Source of the DNA: Scyliorhinus canicula
Taxonomy: Eukaryota
Reading direction: 5' to 3'
NCBI RefSeq assembly: GCF_902713615.1
Contig: NC_052176.1
Location: 11,484,243-11,548,242 of the forward strand
Length of the DNA stretch: 64,000 bases
Below, piece by piece: positions 24,416 to 36,800 of this stretch (its first letter is position 1; every line of letters starts with the position of its first letter). The translations under genes were made by a program, and so were the position numbers. The notes under the pieces are model-generated. The model did not search any database. It was not told the origin of the DNA and saw only the letters and a list, made by a program, of their open reading frames with translations.

Positions 24416-24745
24416 TTTGAGAGATGCAGTGGTATTTGTCCAGGTTCATCCCGAGCAGCTCTGTGATACAGGACCCTGTGCTCTCCAGGCTATTCCCAGG
24501 GACACACACTGAGACAAACATCAACTGCTGCTGGAGGATCATAAACTCTGTGTATAACTCACTTTGATCTGCCCGAAACCTGTTGAACTTCCAGGGTAAA
24601 GAATTGTCCTTGACTGAGTGTTGCAGACCGGCACATTCCAATGTCCAGGACGATATGCTGAGGGACGCACTCAGGTTTGGGGTACCCAGCATCAAGGCTC
24701 AATGGGGAAAGGCCACTCTGTAAGTTCTTCCAGCAAATGTCCACC

Positions 24746-25810
24746 GAGGGGCTGGTAACCGGGTAAAACCCCCCGGTCTGTGTGATTAACACCAAAGAGG
24801 GGCTGGTAACTGTGTAAAACTCCCGGTCTGTGTAATTAACACTAAAGAGGGGCTGGTAACTGTGTAAACCCCCCGGTCTGTGTGATTAACACTAAAGAGG
24901 GGCTGGTAACTGTGTAAAACCCCCGGTCTGTGTAATTAACACTAAAGAGGGGCTGGTAACTGTGTAAACCCCCTGGTCTGTGTGATTAATACTAAAGAGG
25001 GGCTGGTAACTGTGTAAACCCCCCGGTCTGTGTGATTAATACTAAAGAGGGGCTGGTAACTGTGTAAACCCCCCGGTCTGTGTGATTAATACTAAAGAGG
25101 GGCTGGTAACTGTGTAAACCCCCCGGTCTGTGTGATTAATACTAAAGAGGGGCTGGTAACTGTGTAAAACTCCCAGTCTGTGTGATTAATACTAAAGAGG
25201 GGCTGGTAACTGTGTAAACCCCCCGGTCTGTGTGATTAATACTAAAGAGGGGCTGGTAACTGTGTAAACCCCCTGGTCTGTGTGATTAATACTAAAGAGG
25301 GGCTGGTAACTGTGTAAACCCCCCGGTCTGTGTGATTAATACTAAAGAGGGGCTGGTAACTGTGTAAACCCCCTGGTCTGTGTGATTAATACTAAAGAGG
25401 GGCTGGTAACTGTGTAAACCCCCCGGTCTGTGTGATTAATACTAAAGAGGGGCTGGTAACTGTGTAAACCCCCCGGTCTGTGTGATTAATACTAAAGAGG
25501 GGCTGGTAACTGTGTAAAACTCCCAGTCTGTGTGATTAATACTAAAGAGGGGCTGGTAACTGTGTAAACCCCCCGGTCTGTGTGATTAATACTAAAGAGG
25601 GGCTGGTAACTGTGTAAAACTCCCGGTCTGTGTGATTAATACTAAAGAGGGGCTGGTAACTGTGTAAACCCCCCGGTCTGTGTGATTAATACTAAAGAGG
25701 GGCTGGTAACTGTGTAAAACTCCCAGTCTGTGTGATTAATACTAAAGAGGGGCTGGTAACTGTGTAAAACCCCCCCGGTCTGGGTCATTAACACTAAAGA
25801 GGGGCTGGTT
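24746..25810. repeat. 50-bp minisatellite, ~21 copies
   Basis: Unit ACTAAAGAGGGGCTGGTAACTGTGTAAACCCCCCGGTCTGTGTGATTAAT; a further detached unit at ~26482-26550. Confidence 0.97.
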
Positions 25811-25847
25811 AGGTTTAGTAACTGAGCCGGTAATTGAGTAAAACCCT

Positions 25848-26480
25848 GAGGCACAGCGCCAGGATCCCAGGTTCGATTCCCCGCTGGGTCACTGTCTGTG
25901 CGGAGTCTGCAGATTCTCCCCGTGTCTGCGTGGGTTTCCTCCGGGTGCTCTGGTTTCCTCCCACAGTCCAAAGACATGTGACATAGGTGGGTTGGCCATG
26001 CTCAATTGCCCTCAGTGCTCAAAAAGTTTTGGGAGAAGTAATTGGGTTAAGGGGCTAAGTTTGAAGTGAAAGCTTAAGTGTGTCGATGCAGACTCTGTGG
26101 GCCGAATGGCCTCCTTCCACACTGTATGTTCCATGTTAAACACACTGTGATGAATGAAAATGAAAATCGCTTAATGTCACAAGTAGGCTTCAATGAAGTT
26201 ACTGTGAACAGCTCCAGTCACCACATTCCAGGCCTGTTCGGGAAGGCTGGTACGGGAATTGAACCGTGCTGTTGGCCTGCTTTAAAAGTCAGCTCTTTAG
26301 CCCTGGACTAAACAAGCCACTGATTAACAATAAAGTGGGGATGATAACTTTGTACTTAATAAGGGGCTCAGGGGTTATGGGGAGAAGGCAGGAGAATGGG
26401 GATGAGAAAATATCAGCCATGATTGAATGGCGGAGCAGACTCGATGGGCCGAGTGGCCTAATTCTGCTCCTGTGCCTTAT
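25848..26480. mobile_element. Stack of an HE1-like SINE (+), a short tRNA-derived SINE (-, ~26155-26313) and a CR1 3' UTR fragment (+)
   Basis: GGTTCGATTCCC B box and SINE core; TGTCACAAGTAGGC family; GATGGGCCGAGTGGCCT tail. Confidence 0.7.
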
Positions 26481-27094
26481 GGTCTGTGTGATTAACACTA
26501 AAGTGGGGCTGGTCACTGTGTAAAACCCCCCGGTCTGTGTGATTAACACTGAATGTTTAAAATTATTGAAGCTTCACAGAGTGGAACATGACCAATGTAA
26601 ATATTTTGAGAAGAATTGTAATGTGAATATTGAAATGTGTGTAATGTCCTCATTATCCAATTGAAGAAATTCAAATAAATCTGGACCTCTGGAGAAAATG
26701 TAAATATTATTGTGTGATACGATATTATTTTGATGGCAATTTGAAATGTTTGACAATGTTTATTTCAAGGGATTTTATAAATGAAGTATATTTTTGAAAA
26801 TAAATTGTTTGCTTCTCTGAAAAATGAAGTCAGTCAGTGGAATGGTGGTTTGTAGAAAGTGTGAGTTTGAGGGGCTGAATGGCAGTGTAATAACAAACAG
26901 GCTGCAGGCAATGGCTGCAAATTGAATATCTCATTGGGACAAACACACAGCTACAAAGGTGATTGGTTGAGCCCTGGGCCACTTGCACACACACACACAC
27001 AGTCCCCCCAACATGGGCTCTGTCGGAGGTTTTGCTCCAAATGTGATGACTGTGAAATGGGGAATATTCCCATTGATTCTCAATGTTGGATTGC

Positions 27095-27340
27095 TGCGCG
27101 GATCTGCGCATGCCCGGGGTAGCCCCGCCCCCTGCTAGTCGTCACTCTGAAAGTGAGAGCGCATGCGCAGTCCCTTCTGCGCAGGAAACAGCGTTCTCAT
27201 TGCAGCAGCACATCCATTTGGGAGTGTGAGCAAAGAGGCTCAGAGATCATTACTGACTCGGGGGGAGTTCAGGGAGAACCGGGGGCTGTTTGCAAGAGGC
27301 GCAGCGGGAGCCCCATCTTGTTCCGGGACTTGGAGTGAGC
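27095..27340 (+). promoter_or_regulatory. CpG-rich promoter-like region with candidate first exon
   Basis: GCGCATGCGC (NRF1-type, 27159), CCCCGCCCC (27123), donor GA|GTGAGC at 27335; mirrored at 44200-44440. Confidence 0.55.
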
Positions 27341-29389
27341 GGGGGGAAGGGAGAGCTCTTTCTGGGCCTGGCTTATTGTCTGATTCTGGGGCAGGATTTG
27401 CACAGTATTTTCTTTATTTTACTAATTATCAGTTGAAAGATTTGATTGATCTATCATTGGCCTCATCTGACCCTGATTTACAAGAGATTTGTTTTCTTCC
27501 CCCTCGTTCAACAGATGAAGAGATGATTTCCAAGATGATGATTCCTCAGCAGCATGAATGTGCCGCCGTCTCCTTCTAACTGACAGTAAGTACAATATTA
27601 ATCCAACATTGCAGAGACACAGACACAACATCAGCTCCACCGTCACAGGGAACAGAAGCAGTCACACTTACATTGAGCTCAACTCCCAGATAAACATGTC
27701 CAATCCAACAGTCCAATTGAAGAAATTCAAGTAAATCTGGACCTCTGGAGAAAATGTAAATATTATTTGCAGATACACGAGAGGACAGGCGGGATAATTT
27801 TCCACAATTCACCCCTACTCTCTGATGGAATGTTGGATCAACTTTTGATAACAGTATTTCATCTGTAAAGTAATCAGTATAGTATTAATTAGGCTATAGA
27901 TTCAGTAATCAATGTGCAAGTATCCATTTGCACTAGTTTGTAACTTTCTTAGTTTAAAATATATCAGAAGCAAAGCTCTTGAACAAGGCATTAACAGAAA
28001 AATTATACATTTAAATAGTTGTCCAAAAGGACAATTATCAGATTGTAAGGCCGTCCTTTCATCTCACAAGTTGTGAACCTTTGGTCCAAGTAAAAGGTCG
28101 GATAGTACAGCTGATAGAAAAGTGCCAAATTAATCATAAACTTCTACCAAGACACCTCCCAAAACAAAATATTAAATTCCAATCCAAATATCTCGCACAA
28201 TCTCAGATATAACGGTACTGTGTGATTTTCATGAAACAGATATGGAAATAGATCATTTAACATATCAATGTTGTCACTAAAAGTAATAATGGTAGATCAA
28301 TACTGAACAAAATGTTCACCATTAAATCACAAAACAGATATTGACAAAAGTACAGAAAACACAATAAAATCACGCACATCAGAGAGGTGGACAGATAGAG
28401 ATTAAACGCAGAATCCCATAACAGAGATAGACAGCTACAAATGCAAGCATACGGAACAGAGGCAAGAGTTACAGAATCAAATTGATTTTTCCCGAAGTCT
28501 TGACCCATAACAGAGATAGACCGCTAGTGGAAAACACACTCTCACACATTCAGACACCAACAACTGCACAGGAGGCAGTAAAATATGCCATACATCATGC
28601 ACAGACAGTGAGGGTAAAACACTCACATTCTCTGTCACAGTATGCAGTAAATATACATTATCTATCACAGAGAGACAGTGAGGGTAAAACATACTCACAT
28701 TTTACATGCACGTGCTCACTCACAAGTAACTTAGTAGGAAGCACTGAATATGAATTTTATATCACAGAGTCTGAGGGTGAAACACACTCACTCTCACAGC
28801 AATAACTGAGCATTGAGCAGTAAAATATATGCCCTGTATAGCACAGAGTAACAGTGAGGTTTATACACACTCACTCACACTCTGACTCTCATACACCCTC
28901 TCACGGAAAGCCAAGCACTGCCTCTCCCACACATACTCACAAATCAATAACATATTAATTATATATCAGAGAGAGACTGTGAGTTTAATACTCACTCACT
29001 CACACTCTCTCACACACACACTCTCCCTCTCTCACACGCACACCAGTCACTGAGCAGTAATCAATTATTATGTGATATATATCACAGAGATACAGTGAGA
29101 GTAAAACATGCACTCACTCTCTTCACTCACACTCACTCACACTCACTCAGACAGTCACACAGCAGTAACTGAGCAGTAAGCTGTAAAATATGTGTTATAC
29201 ATCATAGAGAGACAGTGAAACAGAGGGTAAAACACACACTCACACCGTCTCTCAAACACTGTCTCACATTTCCCTGAGAAATAAGCAGTAAAATATTTGT
29301 TATATATTGCAGAGAACAGTGAGGGTAAAACATGCGCAAACACACAGACACACACACTCTCTCTCTCTCTCTCACACTCTCTCTCATAG

Positions 29390-29695
29390 AAACCCTACAG
29401 TGCAAAAAGAAGCCATTCAACCCATCGAGTCTGCATTGACCCTCTGAATGAGCATGCTACCTAAGACCAATCTCCCACCTTCTCCTTGTAACCCCACCAA
29501 GGGATAGTTGAGCATATCGATCCCACCTGACTTGCACATTTTTTGGACTGTGGGAAGAAACTGGAGCACCTGGAGGGAACCCAAACAGACGCGGGGAGAA
29601 TGTACAAACTCCGCACAGACAGTTGCCTGAGGTCAGAATCAAACGCGGGTCTCTGGCGCTGTGCCACCCTGCTGCCCATCAGGGTGCCACCCTGC
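29390..29695 (-). mobile_element. Old HE1-like SINE (mirror copy 41815-42105, +)
   Basis: SINE core TTTGGACTGTGGGA..GGAGCACC and tail present in both arms. Confidence 0.75.
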
Positions 29696-29749
29696 TGCAC
29701 ATCCACTTTTCACCCTATTGCTCCCACACACACTCACCATCCCTCACAC

Positions 29750-30500
29750 ATACTCACAGACTCTCTCTCTCTCTGATACACTCACAGACTCTCTCTCTCT
29801 CACACACACTCACAGACTCTCTCTCTCACACACACTCAGACTCTCTCTCTCTCTCTCAGACACACTCAGACTCTCTCTCTCTCTCTCTCAGACACACTCA
29901 GACTCTCTCTCTCTCAGACACACTCAGACTCTCTCTCTCTCACACTCAGACTCTCTCTCACACACACACTCACAGACTCACTCTCTCTCAGACACACTCA
30001 GACTCTCTCTCTCTCTCTCAGACTCTCTCTCTCTCAGACACACTCAGACTCTCTCTCTCTCTCTCAGACACACTCAGACTCTCTCTCTCTCACACTCAGA
30101 CTCTCTCTCACACACACTCACAGACTCACTCTCTCTCACACACACTCAGACTCTCTCTCTCTCTCTCTCACACACTCACAGACTCACTCTCTCTCACACA
30201 CACTCAGACTCTCTCTCTCTCTCTCTCACACACACTCACAGACTCTCTCTCTCACACACACTCAGACTCTCTCTCTCTCAGACACACTCAGACTCTCTCT
30301 CTCTCACACACACTCAGACTCTCTCTCTCTCTCAGACACACTCAGACTCTCTCTCTCTCACACTCAGACTCTCTCTCACACACACACTCACAGACTCACT
30401 CTCTCTCACACACACTCAGACTCTCTCTCTCTCTCTCTCACACACACTAACAGACTCTCTCTCACACACTCACAGACTCTCTCTCACACACATTCACAGA
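29750..30500. repeat. Compound CA/CT microsatellite (CAGACTCTCTC..CACACACT)
   Basis: Read directly. Confidence 0.95.
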
Positions 30501-31890
30501 CTCTCACGTGCACTCAGTCACTCTCACTCACATACATTCCAGTCACAGAGCAGTAAGCAGTTAAATATGTGTTATCTGTCACAGATACATAGTGAGGGTA
30601 AAACTCACACACATACCAGTAAGAACAAAATATGTGTTATATATCAAAGAGAGACAGTGAGGGAAAATACACACACACTCTCACACAGACACAATCTCTC
30701 ATACACACGCACACACCAGTAACAGAAGCGATCACTAAAATATGTGTTGTATATCAAAGACAGTGAGGGGAAAACTGACAACTAAACTCACTCACACACA
30801 CTCTCTCTAACTCATTCACACAACAATACCTGAGCAGTAAAATATGTTATATGTCATAGAAACATTGAGCATAAATCTCACTCACACACACTCACTGACC
30901 AGTAAATGAGCAGTGAACAGTAAAATATATGTTCCATATCACAAGAGATATTGAGGGTCAAACGCACACTCATGCACACACCAGTAACTGAGTAGTACAA
31001 TAATCATTAAATATCAACTATCTCTCTCTCTCTCACACACACCCATTCAATCTCAAACACCAGTATCTGAGCAGTAAGCATTAAAATATGTGATATGTAT
31101 CATGGAGAGACATTAAGGGTAAAACGCGCACACTCTCTCACACGCCAGTAACTGAACAGTAAGAATAAACACACACACTCACTACTCACTAATATATTAG
31201 GTGGATTGGCCATGCTAAATTGCCCGCAGTGTCCTAAAAAGTAAGGTGAAGCGGGGGGGGGGGGGTTGTTGGGTTACGGGTATAGGGTGGATACATGGGT
31301 TTGAGTAGGGTGATCATTGCTCGGCACAACATCAAGGGCCGAAGGGCCTGTTCTGTGCTGTACTGTTCTATTGTGCAGGAATCTGAAACACTCATGTAAT
31401 AATCTTTATTGTCACAAGTAGGCTTTCATGAACACTGCAATGAAGTTCCTGTGAAAATCCCCTCGTCACCACATTCTGGCGCCTGTTTGGGTACAGGGAG
31501 GGAGAATTCAGAATGTCCAAATTACCTAACAGCACATCTTTTGGGACTGTCTATCAATGAGTGTGTATGGTAACCTTACTGTCTCTCTGTGATATATAAT
31601 GAATATTCTTGTGCTTTCTGCTCAGTTACTGGTGTGTGTGTGTGTGTGTGTGAGAGATAGGGAGGGTTGAGTGTGTGTCTTTACCCTCACTGTCTCTCTT
31701 TGCTATGTAATTCATATTTTATTCTCTCACACAAATTCTCTCTCACACACACTCGTACACTATCTCATTCACACACACACCAGTAACTGAACGGTAAAAT
31801 ATGCATTATATATCGCAGAGAGACAGTGAGGGTAAAACACACATTCACACACTATTTCCCTGGCAAACACTAACTCTCACACACACTCAC

Positions 31891-32241
31891 TGATGCACCA
31901 TCAATTGCACGCGAGGCGAGTGATTTACCAATGTCAGGCTTTAATTAACTAGAACACAGCCTGGCGATCGTCTACAGTGGAAAAGGCCGATCGTCAGGCT
32001 TCTGAGCATTTATACCTCGTTGATAGAGGCGTGGTTAACTCAGCCTCTCGGCCAATCGGTCGAGAGGCACATGACCGACCAGGGCCAATGGTAAGCCGAC
32101 GTTCTGGCCCAATGGCAGACGAGTATGCAGATCATATCATCACATTCACCCCTTACGGAGAAGGAAGGCGGGGGGGGGGTGTGTGAACGAGACCCGGGGT
32201 GGGGGGGGGGAAGAACTGATGATATGAGTAGCCGTCGGGAG
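31891..32241 (-). mobile_element. LTR retrotransposon 3' LTR (31891-32144) with PPT, running into the gap
   Basis: Minus strand: AAGGGGTGAA then TGTGATGATATG...TGGTGCATCA; TATAAA and ATTAAA inside. Confidence 0.7.
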
Positions 32242-32741
32242 NNNNNNNNNNNNNNNNNNNNNNNNNNNNNNNNNNNNNNNNNNNNNNNNNNNNNNNNNNN
32301 NNNNNNNNNNNNNNNNNNNNNNNNNNNNNNNNNNNNNNNNNNNNNNNNNNNNNNNNNNNNNNNNNNNNNNNNNNNNNNNNNNNNNNNNNNNNNNNNNNNN
32401 NNNNNNNNNNNNNNNNNNNNNNNNNNNNNNNNNNNNNNNNNNNNNNNNNNNNNNNNNNNNNNNNNNNNNNNNNNNNNNNNNNNNNNNNNNNNNNNNNNNN
32501 NNNNNNNNNNNNNNNNNNNNNNNNNNNNNNNNNNNNNNNNNNNNNNNNNNNNNNNNNNNNNNNNNNNNNNNNNNNNNNNNNNNNNNNNNNNNNNNNNNNN
32601 NNNNNNNNNNNNNNNNNNNNNNNNNNNNNNNNNNNNNNNNNNNNNNNNNNNNNNNNNNNNNNNNNNNNNNNNNNNNNNNNNNNNNNNNNNNNNNNNNNNN
32701 NNNNNNNNNNNNNNNNNNNNNNNNNNNNNNNNNNNNNNNNN
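32242..32741. other. Assembly gap (500 N)
   Basis: Run of N. Confidence 1.
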
Positions 32742-33819
32742 CAGGCGCCAGAATGTGGTGACTAGGGGATTTTCACAGGAACTTCATTGCAGTGTTCATG
32801 AAATCCTACTTGTGACAATAAAGATTATTATAAGATGAAATGAAATAAAAAACGCTTATTGTCATGAGTAGGCTTCAATGAAGTTACTGTGAAAAGCCCC
32901 TAGTCGCCACATTCCGACGCCTGTCCGGGGAGGCTGGTACGGGAATCGAACCATGCTGCTGGCCTGCTTGGTCTGCTTTCAAAGCCAGTGATTTGCCCAG
33001 TGAGCTAAACCAGCTGTATTAACCTCACTGTCTCTCTGTGATATATAATGAATATTTTGCTGCTTACTGTAGAGTTCCTGGTGTGTGGGTGAGTGAGTGA
33101 GAGTGTGTGAGTACACTCATGAGAGTGTGTGTGTGTGAGAGTGTGTGAGTACACTCATGAGAGTGTGTGTGTGTGAGAGTGTGTGAGTATACTCATGAGA
33201 GTGTGTGTGTTTATTCTTACTGTTCAGTTACTGGTGTGTATGAGTGAGTGTGTGTGAGTATATTAGTGAGTAGTGAGTGTGTGTGAGTATCCTCGTGAGA
33301 GTGTGTGTGTTTATTCTTACTGTTCAGTTACTGGTGTGTATGAGTGAGTGTGTGTGAGTATATTAGTGAGTAGTGAGTGTGTGTGAGTATCCTCGTGAGA
33401 GTGTGTGTGTTTATTCTTACTGTTCAGTTACTGGTGTGTGTGAGTATATTAGTGAGTAGTGAGTGTGTATGAGTATACTTGTAAGTGTGAGTGTGTATTC
33501 TTACTGTTCAGTTACTGGCGTGTGAGAGTGTGCGCGTGTTTTATCCTTAATGTCTCTCCCTGATATATAACACATATTTTACTGCTTCCTGCTCAGTTAC
33601 TGGTGTGTGAGAGTGTATGGGTGTGTGTGAGAGAGGAGAGCGAGGGTTGACATTTAATGATTATTGTGCTCCTGTTACTGGTTAGTGAGAGTGTGTGAGT
33701 GAGAGTGTGAGTTTTATGCTCAGTGTTTCTGTGATATAAAACATATTTTACTGCTCAGTTATTGTTGTGTGAATGAGTTCGACATATTGAACTGCTTACT
33801 GCTCACTCACTGGGATGTG

Positions 33820-36800
33820 TGTGAGTGAGAGAGTGTCTGTGAGTGTGTGTGAGAGAGAGTCTGTGAGTGTGTGCGAGAGAGAGAGTCTGTGAGTGTGTGT
33901 GAGAGAGTCTGTGAGTGTGTGTGAGAGAGTCTGTGAGTGTGTGTGAGAAAGTCTGTGAGTGTGTGTGTGAGGGTCTGTGAGTGTGTGTGAGGGTCTGTGA
34001 GTGTGTGTGTGAGAGTCTGTGAGTGTGTGAGAGAGAGAGCCTGTGAGTGTGTGAGAGGGAGAGTCTGAGTGTGTGAGAGAGGGTCTGTGAGTGTGTGTGA
34101 GAGAGTCTGTGAGTGTGTGAGAGAGTCTGTGAGTGTGTGAGAGAGTCTGTGAGAGAGTGTCTGTGTGTATGTGTGAGAGAGAGTCTGTGAGTGTGTGTGA
34201 GAGAGAGTCTGTGAGTGTGTGTGAGAGAGAGTCTGTGAGTGTGTGTGAGAGAGTCTGTGAGTGTGAGAGAGAGTCTGTGTGTGTGTGAGAGAGAGAGTCT
34301 GTGAGTGTGTGTGAGAGAGAGTCTGTGAGTGTGTGAGAGAGAGTCTGTGAGTGTGTGAGAGAGAGTGTCTGTGTGTGTGAGAGAGAGTCTGAGAGTTTGT
34401 GTGAGAGAGTCTGTGAGTGTGTGTGAGAGTCTGTGAGTGTGTGAGAGAGTCTGTGAGTGTGTGTGAGAGTCTGTGAGTGTGAGGGAAAGTCTGTAAGTGT
34501 GTGTGAGAGAGTCTGTGAGTGTGTGTGAGAGAGTCTGTGAGTGTGTGTGAGAGTCTGTGAGTGTGTCTGAGAGTCTGTGAGTCTGTGTGAGAGAGTGTCT
34601 GTGTGTGTGAGAGAGTGTCTGTGTGTGTGAGAGAGTCTGTGAGTGTGTGAGAGAGACTGTGAGTGTGTGTGAGAGAGTCTGAGTGTGAGAGAGAGAGAGT
34701 CTGTGAGTGTGTGTGAGAGAGAGTCTGTGAGTGTGGGAGAAAGTCTGTGAGTGTGTGAGAGAGTGTGTGAGTGTGTGAGAGAGTCTGTGAGTGTGTGTGA
34801 GTCTGTGAGTGTGAGAGAGTATGTAAGTGTGTGTGAGAGAGTCTGTGAGTGTGTGTAAGAGAGTCTGTGTGTGTGAGAGAGAGTCTGTGTGTGCGAGAGA
34901 GAGTCTGTGAGTGTGTGTGAGAGAGTCTGTGAGTGTGTGTGAGAGAGTCTGTGAGTGTGTGAGAGAGTCTGTGAGTGTGTGTGAGAGAGTGGTCTGTGTG
35001 TGTGAGAGAGAGTCTGTGAGTGTGTGTGAGAGAGAGTCTGTGAGTGTGTGTGAGAGAGTCTGTGAGTGTGAGAGAGAGTCTGTGTGTGTGTGAGAGAGAG
35101 AGAGTCTGTGAGTGTGTGTGAGAGTGAGTATGTGAGTGTGTGAGAGAGAGTCTGTGAGTGTGTGAGAGAGAGTGTCTGTGTGTGTGTGAGAGAGTGTGAG
35201 TTTGTGTGAGAGAGTCTGTGAGTGTGTGTGAGAGAGTCAGTGAGTTTGTGAGTGAGTCTGTGGGTGTGAGGGAGAGTCTGTAAGTGTGAGGGAGAGTCTG
35301 TAAGCGTGTGTGAGAGAGTCTGTGAGAGAGTCTGTGAGAGTGTGAGAGAGAGTCTGTGAGTGTGTGAGAGAGTCTGTGAGTGTGTCTGAGAGTCTGTGAG
35401 TCTGTGTGAGTGTCTGTGTGTGTGAGAGAGTCTGTGAGTGTGTGAGAGAGTCTGTGAGTGTGTGTGAGTCTGTGAGTGTGAGAGTCTGTAAGTGTGTGTG
35501 AGAGAGTCTGTGAGTGTGTGTGAGAGAGTCTGTGAGTGTGTGTGAGAGTCTGTGAGTGTGTCTGAGAGTCTGTGAGTCTGTGTGAGAGAGTGTCTGTGAG
35601 TGTGAGAGAGAGTCTGTGAGTGTGTGTGAGAGAGAGTCTGTGAGTGTGTGTGAGAGAGTGTGTCTGTGTGTGTGTGAGAGAGTGTGTCTGTGTGAGAGAG
35701 TCTGTGAGTGTGTGAGTCTGTGAGTGTGAGAGAGTCTGTAAGTGTGTGTGAGAGAGTCTGTGAGTGTGTGTGAGAGAGTCTGTGTGTGTGAGAGAGGGTC
35801 TGTGTGTGTGAGAGAGGGTCTGTGAGTGTGTGTGAGAGAGTCTGTGAGTGTGTGTGAGAGAGTCTGTGAGTGTGTGTGAGAGAGTCTGTGAGTGTGTGAG
35901 AGAGTCTGTGAGTGTGTGTGAGTCTGTGAGTGTGTGTGAGAGTCTGTGAGTGTGTCTGAGAGTCTGTGAGTCTGTGTGANNNNNNNNNNNNNNNNNNNNN
36001 NNNNNNNNNNNNNNNNNNNNNNNNNNNNNNNNNNNNNNNNNNNNNNNNNNNNNNNNNNNNNNNNNNNNNNNNNNNNNNNNNNNNNNNNNNNNNNNNNNNN
36101 NNNNNNNNNNNNNNNGAGTCTGAGTGTGAGAGAGTCTGTAAGTGTGTGTGAGAGAGTCTGTGAGTGTGTGTGAGAGAGTCTGTGTGTGTGAGAGAGGGTC
36201 TGTGTGTGTGAGAGAGGGTCTGTGAGTGTGTGTGAGAGAGTCTGTGAGTGTGTGTGAGAGAGTCTGTGAGTGTGTGTGAGAGAGTCTGTGAGTGTGTGAG
36301 AGAGTCTGTGAGTGTGTGTGAGAGAGTGTCTGTGTGTGAGAGATAGAGTCTGTGAGTGTGTGTGAGAGAGAGTATGTGAGTGTGTGAGAGAGTCTGTGAG
36401 TGTGTGAGAGAGTATGTGAGTGTGTGAGAGAGTGTGTCTGTGTGTGTGTGAGAGAGTCTGTGAGTTTGTGTGAGAGAGTCTGTGTGTGTGAGAGTCAGTG
36501 AGTGTGTGAGTGAGTCTGTGGGTGTGAGGGAGAGTCTGTGAGTGTGAGGGAGAGTCTGTAAGTGTGTGTGAGAGAGGCTGTGAGTGTGTGTGAGAAAGTC
36601 TGTGAGTGTGTGTGTGAGAGTCTGTGAGTGTGTGTGTGAGAGTCTGTGAGTGTGTGAGAGAGAGAGCCTGTGAGTGTGTGAGAGGGAGAGTCTGAGTGTG
36701 TGAGAGAGGGTCTGTGAGTGTGTGCGAGAGAGTCTGTGAGTGTGTGAGAGAGTCTGTGTGTGTGTGAGAGAGAGAGTCTGTGAGTGTGTGTGAGAAAGTC

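Larger units (their letters stand above)
24416..26805 (+). mobile_element. Tx1-like LINE 3' fragment whose 3' UTR is interrupted by a minisatellite and SINEs
   Basis: Degenerate ORF2 C-terminus (EMQWYLSRFIPSS..LFPGTHTETNINCCWRIINSV) and AT-rich end TTTTATAAATGAAGTATATTTTTGAAAATAAA. Confidence 0.6.
26834..31484 (+). repeat. Left arm of a large inverted duplication
   Basis: Reverse complement of 32742-44715 (e.g. 26834-27000 vs 44550-44715; 31398-31484 vs 32742-32830). Confidence 0.9.
28490..31890. repeat. Degenerate satellite (CAGTAACTGAGCAGTAA..ATATATCACAGAGAGACAGTGAGGGTAAAACACAC units) with SINE insertions
   Basis: Motif recurs many times with CA/CT spacers; reverse copies at 33015-33800 and 41440-43020. 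Confidence 0.8.

Noticed and set aside
24746-25810. CRISPR-like regular array
   Set aside because: Contiguous 50-bp units without unique spacers, no cas genes, eukaryotic context.
32125-32838. ORFs spanning N runs (also 35966-36173)
   Set aside because: Artefacts of assembly gaps.
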